Assembly: GCA_964537315.1 (NCBI GenBank)
Contig: CAZIAP010000002.1
Span: forward strand, 1-41,236
Direction of reading: 5' to 3'
Source of the DNA: an uncultured Gammaproteobacteria bacterium
GTDB lineage: Bacteria > Patescibacteriota > Microgenomatia > Levybacterales > GWA1-39-11
Length of the DNA stretch: 41,236 bases
A program made the translations under genes and the position numbers. The notes under the pieces are model-generated. The model did no database searches and was not told where the DNA came from. It saw nothing but the letters and a program-made list of their open reading frames with translations. This document shows, piece after piece, positions 36,065 through 41,236 of this stretch (within the stretch, counting starts at the first letter, position 1; every line of letters starts with the position of its first letter).

Positions 36065-37129
36065 ATGGAGCGATATCGCGAAAATAACTTTCTCCCTAAT
36101 GAAGAAGATGCAGAGCCTTTTATTCCTCAGATTGAGGCTAATAATAGCTTACCTCTGACTGAAGATGAAATTTCTGCAGTAATGTTACGTTCAAAATATC
36201 TTATCGATAAAATACCTGTTTATGAAATTTCTGATTCCATGTTGGAGGATTCAGCAAGTTTATCAATATATACTCCGTCTTTGACTTTTTCTAAAAATGA
36301 TGAACACATGGCTACAAGAGCGTATAAACGATTGAAAGTAAATCTAAATATCGCTGAAGAGAATAATGACGTTGAGACATATCAAAGTCTTGAAGACAAC
36401 TTACAGACAGTCAGAGAGTTGATTATAAAGAATAATTTGAGATTGGTAGTCTCAATTGCGAAAAAATACCCTCGCAGAAACACCTCTTTACCAGATCTCA
36501 TCCAAGAGGGAAATATTGGATTAATGAGAGCTGTTGAAGATTTTGACCCTGAGCTTGGATACAGATTTTCTACTTACGCAGTGTGGTGGATCAGACAATT
36601 TCTTGGGAGGCACTTAGGAAATTCTTCCAGCACTATTCGTCTGCCTATACACATGCATGAAAAGGTCAGAAAATTAAAGCGTACAATCGACGCGATCGAA
36701 CTTGAACATGGACACGCTACGAGTGAATTGATTTCAGATCATACTGGACTTTCTGTTGAACAAATAAATATCATCTTGGAGGCAAAAAATTCATTATCAC
36801 CAGCCAGTCTTGACAGATCTATACAAAGTGAAAATGGTAATCATCCGCTAAAAGATATTATTACTGGAGACTTAGGCACAGACTCCACAGAAGAAGTGGA
36901 TAAAAGAATTAATGGATTACAACTACTTAAATATCTAGAAAATTCCTCACTAACCGAGCAGGAACTGTCGGTTATTCGATATCGACATGGTCTCGGAGAA
37001 GGGGAGCCTATGACTTACGCTATGATTGGTGATGCAATGGGTTTATCACGCGAGCGTATTAGACAAATAGAGTCGAAAGCTATGCGTAAACTTGAAAAAG
37101 ATCCTGTAATCAAATCTTTTCGCTCATGA
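36065..37129 (+). CDS. Second RpoD-like sigma-70 factor
   Basis: [33 protein letters not shown] and [17 protein letters not shown] motifs; divergent N-terminus. Confidence 0.92.
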   Translation: MERYRENNFLPNEEDAEPFIPQIEANNSLPLTEDEISAVMLRSKYLIDKIPVYEISDSMLEDSASLSIYTPSLTFSKNDEHMATRAYKRLKVNLNIAEENNDVETYQSLEDNLQTVRELIIKNNLRLVVSIAKKYPRRNTSLPDLIQEGNIGLMRAVEDFDPELGYRFSTYAVWWIRQFLGRHLGNSSSTIRLPIHMHEKVRKLKRTIDAIELEHGHATSELISDHTGLSVEQINIILEAKNSLSPASLDRSIQSENGNHPLKDIITGDLGTDSTEEVDKRINGLQLLKYLENSSLTEQELSVIRYRHGLGEGEPMTYAMIGDAMGLSRERIRQIESKAMRKLEKDPVIKSFRS

Positions 37130-37177
37130 AACCTGGATTTTTATACGTATTGGTGCTAAAATAATTCACGTTCACAT

Positions 37178-37480
37178 TCCGCGATAGCTCAATGGTAGAG
37201 CAGGTCGCTGTAGCACTTTTTTTGCAGCCTTCCGAAGCAATTCGGAAAGGAAAAATGGGGTGAATTCAGGGAAGTCCTGAAATGGATAATCCTGAGCCGA
37301 GCTTGATGAATGGTATCAAAGTAATCAAGAAGGTGCAGAGACTAGAAGTGAGGAACCAATCCAATAAGCTTCATTAGCGCCCCACATCCTAAATTAGGAT
37401 GATGAGATAGTCCACGCTTTCTGGTAACAGGGAGATAAAGTGTAACGACAAGGTTCTAGGTTCGAATCCTAGTCGCGGAG
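37178..37480 (+). tRNA. tRNA-Asn(GTT) split by a group I intron; exons 37178-37211 and 37443-37480
   Basis: Joined exons give TCCGCGA/TCGCGGA-G acceptor stem, GGTCG-CT[GTT]AA-CGACA anticodon arm and a GGTTCGAATCC T-arm. Confidence 0.92.
37212..37442 (+). ncRNA. Group I self-splicing intron (IC3-like), 231 nt, no homing endonuclease
   Basis: IGS GCAGC (37224-37228) pairs with exon GCTGT with a U.G at the splice site. P3 GGGGTG/CGCCCC; P4 TTCAGG/CCTGAG; R GTGCAGAGACTAG; S GAGATAGTCC; P7 GACTA/TAGTC; terminal G at 37442. Confidence 0.92.
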
Positions 37481-39043
37481 CCCATTAGTCGTTAATATAC
37501 CCAATTTGGCCTTGTTTAGAACATCTATAACTGGCTGATATTGGGTATCAACGACTTTTTTGTTTTCTATTAGGATTTTCTTGAAAAAGAAGCTCAAATA
37601 GGCACGTTTAGCATTGGTATTTGCTTCTTTATAGGTTGTGATAATGTCCTTCGTTAGTGAAATCACTTCCTCTACAATTTTGACATCAATTGTGCGTATT
37701 TTGTTCAATTCTGTAAGTTCTTTTTGAATATCTAGCAAATCGGATTCTATTTTGGAATTTATCGCCATATATCTATCTCGCTTTATAGATCCTGCTAGCA
37801 ACTCTTCCTCTAATCGCTCCTGCTTTATTTCTAGGGCGTCTCTGCGGTTGTAAGCGGCCTTTTTAGCTAGTTTGCTTCTGGTAGTGGTATCTTCATATAC
37901 TTTCTGCACATTTCTCTTAACTGCGTCTATAAACTCCTGACTAAATTCTAGCTTTTCAACTTCTTTTTCAATTTTCTTCTCTAGTGTTTCAATTTCTACA
38001 TATTTGGACTTACATTTGCCAACTCTACCCACACCTGCACAATGGTAGTAGCCAATTCTGCCACCTCTATGCTTAAACTTCTTTTCGTTTACATGCCATT
38101 CTGCTGTATACCTACGGCCACACATATTACAAAAAATTACACCACGTAAAAGGAAGTTGTGTGTGCGTCGTCTAGTTCCATATTCACCACGTCTTGAAAG
38201 GTAATATTGGACTTGTTCAAACGTTTTTTTATCGATTAGTGGCTCATGTTTTCCCATTCCCTCCATACCTCCATATCTCATCCATCCCCAATAAAATGGG
38301 TTTTTAAGTATGTTATGCATCAAAGAATAGGCTATCGGCCTACCTGTTTTTCCTCTAACACCATTGCTGTGTAAATATTCTCTGATTGAATAAATGGTGT
38401 GTTGTTGTGTGGCATACATTTTGAATGCTTGCGTTATAAAAGGGGCTGTCTGTGGATCGGGTACGATTATTCTTCTGTCATATGATCCAATCGGATTTTT
38501 ATTGGCTACGTTCATGTATCCTACTATGGCTACTGATGGATAATATCCTGCTTTGAACTTTTCTGCTGCTGTTTGCTTTACCTTATAGCTGGTTAGTCGT
38601 GGCTGTATGCTATGAACAACCGCAATCATCTCATCCATCACATCAGATAGTGGATTGTCATCAATATTAACAGCACCAGTTAGAGGAACAATAGACGTGT
38701 TGTGTTTTTTGAGGGTTTGCTTAATAAACAAATATTCGTAGGTGTTTCTAGCAACCCTAGAACTGTCCTGCACAACCACATAATCAATATCACCTTTGGT
38801 ACATCTGGCTAGTATTGCTTGAAACGCTATTCGCTTATCTAATGAAGTTCCACTAATCCCACCATCAACAAATATATCTTCTGCTAGCTCACCGCCTAGT
38901 TCTTCAACCTTGGATAGTATTTTCGTTTTTTGAACATCTAGACTTAGGCCGTTATCACGCTGGTTTGCAGTACTGACACGTACATAGCCGAGGCATTTGG
39001 AGATTTTGTTATTCTGTCGTACATCGTCAATTTTCATTTTCAT
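37469..39043 (-). CDS. Large serine recombinase (resolvase + recombinase + Zn-ribbon + coiled coil)
   Basis: YVRVST catalytic Ser motif, DSSRVAR, LKNPFYWG, HEPLI, CNMCG and YYHC..C motifs. Confidence 0.95.
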   Translation of the reverse strand: MKMKIDDVRQNNKISKCLGYVRVSTANQRDNGLSLDVQKTKILSKVEELGGELAEDIFVDGGISGTSLDKRIAFQAILARCTKGDIDYVVVQDSSRVARNTYEYLFIKQTLKKHNTSIVPLTGAVNIDDNPLSDVMDEMIAVVHSIQPRLTSYKVKQTAAEKFKAGYYPSVAIVGYMNVANKNPIGSYDRRIIVPDPQTAPFITQAFKMYATQQHTIYSIREYLHSNGVRGKTGRPIAYSLMHNILKNPFYWGWMRYGGMEGMGKHEPLIDKKTFEQVQYYLSRRGEYGTRRRTHNFLLRGVIFCNMCGRRYTAEWHVNEKKFKHRGGRIGYYHCAGVGRVGKCKSKYVEIETLEKKIEKEVEKLEFSQEFIDAVKRNVQKVYEDTTTRSKLAKKAAYNRRDALEIKQERLEEELLAGSIKRDRYMAINSKIESDLLDIQKELTELNKIRTIDVKIVEEVISLTKDIITTYKEANTNAKRAYLSFFFKKILIENKKVVDTQYQPVIDVLNKAKLGILTTNGLRD

Positions 39044-39077
39044 TTATTCTCTTTAGTTACATAATCAATGATGCAGC

Positions 39078-39251
39078 TCAGTCTGTAGTCAGCTTATGAA
39101 ATATTTTGGCCGTCTGTAAGCCTTCTTTATCTTTTGCTAACAATATTTCCATCATCATCTCAACCCATCGTTCTGCCAATTTATCAATGTCTGGCTCGGG
39201 GGCATCTTTGTACTTCCTATTCTTAGATGGTGTGTTATGGATCTTTGTCAT
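39078..39251 (-). CDS. Small 57-aa hypothetical protein upstream of the recombinase (not in ORF track)
   Basis: Manual translation MTKIHNTPSKNRKYKDAPEPDIDKLAERWVEMMMEILLAKDKEGLQTAKIFHKLTTD; stop lies 34 nt before the recombinase start. Confidence 0.55.
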   Translation of the reverse strand: MTKIHNTPSKNRKYKDAPEPDIDKLAERWVEMMMEILLAKDKEGLQTAKIFHKLTTD

Positions 39252-39464
39252 GTTAGTTACTGCTCGGGTTAATATCCCTATTTACAAAATTTAGATTGAT
39301 CTCAAATGAATATATGCGGGGTTGTAGACACAAATAATGTTGACTCTCAATAGTCTTTCCGCTCTGCCTTGCAAACTCTATGAAAGTCTTTGAAAATTTA
39401 TTGAACGTCGAAATTAAAGAGGGAAGATAATATAACCAACTAACAACAACTAACCATGCACCAT

Positions 39465-39553
39465 ATAGTAACTTTATATAGATACTTACCCTTAATAGGG
39501 ACAAAATAGTTACTTTATATAGTCCATATACAATATAGTTATATATAGTTACT
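39465..39553. repeat. AT-rich imperfect direct repeats (ATAGTWACTTTATATAG-like)
   Basis: Copies at 39465-39481 and 39506-39522 differ at one base; shorter variants at 39535-39548 and 39545-39553. Confidence 0.6.
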
Positions 39554-39571
39554 ATTGTTGAAATTGTTAGT

Positions 39572-39961
39572 TTAGAAAGGAATATCATCGGGATTTGCCT
39601 CCTCTGCAATATTTTCTGACTCATTCTTTTCCGCTTCTTTCATACCTTCTTGGCCTTCTTTTTTGCTTCGTGCCATGCAAAAGGCGTCATAAATCATTTC
39701 GTGAATCAATTCCCATGTGCCTCTGTCATTAATGAAAACTATTTCTTTCCACTTACCCCAAATATTGATGCTCGGCCCTTGTATCCACAGTTGTTCTCCA
39801 AATCTTTCGTGAGATTTTTTTGACTTCATTACACGCCAACCATGTATCTCGATCACATCAAAGAAAATAACTGTGGCTTGGCACAGCATTTTGTCGGAAT
39901 CTTTTAGTTTTATCCGAACTTGAACATTGTCTCTACTTATGTAACTCATTCTCATATTCAT
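39572..39961 (-). CDS. SpoVG-like small protein ending in an SSB-type acidic tail (DDIPF)
   Basis: VRIKL..CQATVIFFDVIEIHGWRV beta-rich SpoVG-like pattern; C-terminus EEANPDDIPF. Start could be 39961, 39955 or 39949. Confidence 0.6.
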   Translation of the reverse strand: MNMRMSYISRDNVQVRIKLKDSDKMLCQATVIFFDVIEIHGWRVMKSKKSHERFGEQLWIQGPSINIWGKWKEIVFINDRGTWELIHEMIYDAFCMARSKKEGQEGMKEAEKNESENIAEEANPDDIPF

Positions 39962-39980
39962 TAAAAAAGACAACTATTAT

Positions 39981-40229
39981 TTAGCTGCCTAGATATAAAA
40001 GATGTTTCAGTTGTTTTAGGGATGCTTGAAATCTAGTAGGCTCAACCTTTGCTTCCATTCGAGAAAAAGTTGATACATGTTTCAAACAAGTGTTGGAGCT
40101 AGGAAAAAGGAAGGTGCCACGATTGTTAGAATCTTTGTTTATACCGCTTAAATCAACACCTGCTGTTATTAGATATGCGGCAAGTCCGATATCAGTTGTT
40201 TTGAAGAATTTATCATCCTGCATTTTCAT
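39981..40229 (-). CDS. DUF5659-like small protein
   Basis: F.TTDIGLAAYL..G..L..I.K....RGTFLF pattern, recognised from mobile elements. Confidence 0.6.
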   Translation of the reverse strand: MKMQDDKFFKTTDIGLAAYLITAGVDLSGINKDSNNRGTFLFPSSNTCLKHVSTFSRMEAKVEPTRFQASLKQLKHLLYLGS

Positions 40230-40295
40230 ATTGAATACATTTTCGCTGAAATGCAGGGCGAACTTAATGAAAGTTACAAACTCGTAAAATGCAGG

Positions 40296-41093
40296 TTAGA
40301 TTGAAAGAAGTTTTTTGTAGTAGGCCACACCTTTGAGAACTCGATTATCATCAGAGCCAGAATCAGAGTTTTCAATGTTTGGATTATCCATCCACTCAGT
40401 TGATATTTGCACGTATGTTTTTCCTTCTAAATGTTTCCAGTACCACTCACGATAGGCTCGAATTTTATTTGCCTTATCAACTCTTGGTTTGTAATAGCTA
40501 AGTTTTTCATTAGCTGAAAATAGTTTTCTGGCACGACGTACCTGTTCTTTTATTTGTATATCTGTAGATGTGGGTGAAACTAGAATAGCTACTTGAGGGA
40601 GTTGGAAGTGGCCAGTTGTGGAATAAAGCGTGTCTTGTTCAACGATAGTCGTTGATGTCGTATCAAATAAATCTCCATCAACTGCACCGCACAAAATAGC
40701 TTGTTTTATTAGTTCTGCAAAGTAGGGTGGCCGATGAAACAAATAGCTCAGAATAGCAGCGTCTGTATCTAATCGTTGATTCATAGTCATGTCCGCATCT
40801 TCTATTTCTTCATACCAGACTACGTTTTTATTTGCATATTCGATCAGTTCTTTTGCATTACCATATGTTGAAAAATCAAACTTGGATTCTTTACTATTAA
40901 AAAATTCATCCATCAACTGCTCGTAATCTTCCAAATCACACACCTTAGTGATGTTGTATTTCTTTCTTATCTTGGGTAAATATTCTAAAAACTCTGGCTT
41001 ATCAAATAGAATTGCTAGCTCTAAGAAGTTTCTGTCATTTTTTGTTTGAATACCTACTTTTAGTTTTGATAGATCCTCATACTTCATTTTCAT
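40296..41093 (-). CDS. Hypothetical protein with possible C-terminal HTH
   Basis: Start moved to MKMKYEDL (8 nt after TAGAAT); C-terminal REWYWKHLEGKTYVQIS..RVLKGV helix pattern. Confidence 0.6.
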   Translation of the reverse strand: MKMKYEDLSKLKVGIQTKNDRNFLELAILFDKPEFLEYLPKIRKKYNITKVCDLEDYEQLMDEFFNSKESKFDFSTYGNAKELIEYANKNVVWYEEIEDADMTMNQRLDTDAAILSYLFHRPPYFAELIKQAILCGAVDGDLFDTTSTTIVEQDTLYSTTGHFQLPQVAILVSPTSTDIQIKEQVRRARKLFSANEKLSYYKPRVDKANKIRAYREWYWKHLEGKTYVQISTEWMDNPNIENSDSGSDDNRVLKGVAYYKKLLSI

Positions 41094-41236
41094 ATATTTG
41101 TATTCTACTAAAAACGAATTGTTTGGCCTATAAGTTAAGCAAATTATGATGAAATAAAGTAAAATATCGTCATGGACACACAAACCTTACTTTCACAGGC
41201 ATCACAAGCACTTGTAAATTTAAATGGAAACGTCAT

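Larger units (their letters stand above)
37469..41236 (-). mobile_element. Left end of an integrative element (prophage-like/IME) at the tRNA-Asn 3' end; continues past the window
   Basis: Large serine recombinase abutting the tRNA, followed by co-oriented small phage/plasmid-type genes. The other att site is not visible in the window. Confidence 0.75.

Noticed and set aside
37212-37442. Homing endonuclease in the intron
   Set aside because: The 231-nt intron is fully accounted for by core helices and has no room for an ORF.
39253-39624. 123-aa minus-strand ORF
   Set aside because: It overlaps the SpoVG-like gene out of frame, runs through the AT-rich repeats and has an implausible composition.
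1-41236. TGA recoding (genetic code 4/25) as in Gracilibacteria/Absconditabacteria
   Set aside because: Conserved genes are uninterrupted under code 11, and TGA ends dnaG and the second sigma gene at expected positions.

Overview
AT-rich bacterial chromosome segment whose gene content and compact layout fit a Patescibacteria/CPR genome (Microgenomates-like; inferred, not proven). It uses the standard genetic code. Most of the window is housekeeping: Xer-family recombinase, divIC, rplY, glmS, valS, rnhA, two class A PBPs, jag-yidC-rnpA-rpmH, gap/cmk/pgk, a pfkB-fba-rpiB-rpe sugar cluster, comM and dnaG-rpoD. There are three tRNAs: a partial Arg-GCG, an initiator-like Met-CAT, and an Asn-GTT split by a group I intron. 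The most unusual features are: (1) four co-oriented copies of a 32-bp site made of three 11-bp units, which bracket glmS and two accessory genes between glmS and valS; (2) a glmS ribozyme whose core is interrupted by two identical 19-nt hairpins; (3) an integrative element whose large serine recombinase takes its stop codon from the intron-containing tRNA-Asn; (4) an initiator-like tRNA lacking the three anticodon-stem G:C pairs, in a region where many genes look leaderless; (5) a second RpoD-like sigma factor next to rpoD. All calls are by eye and were not checked against databases.
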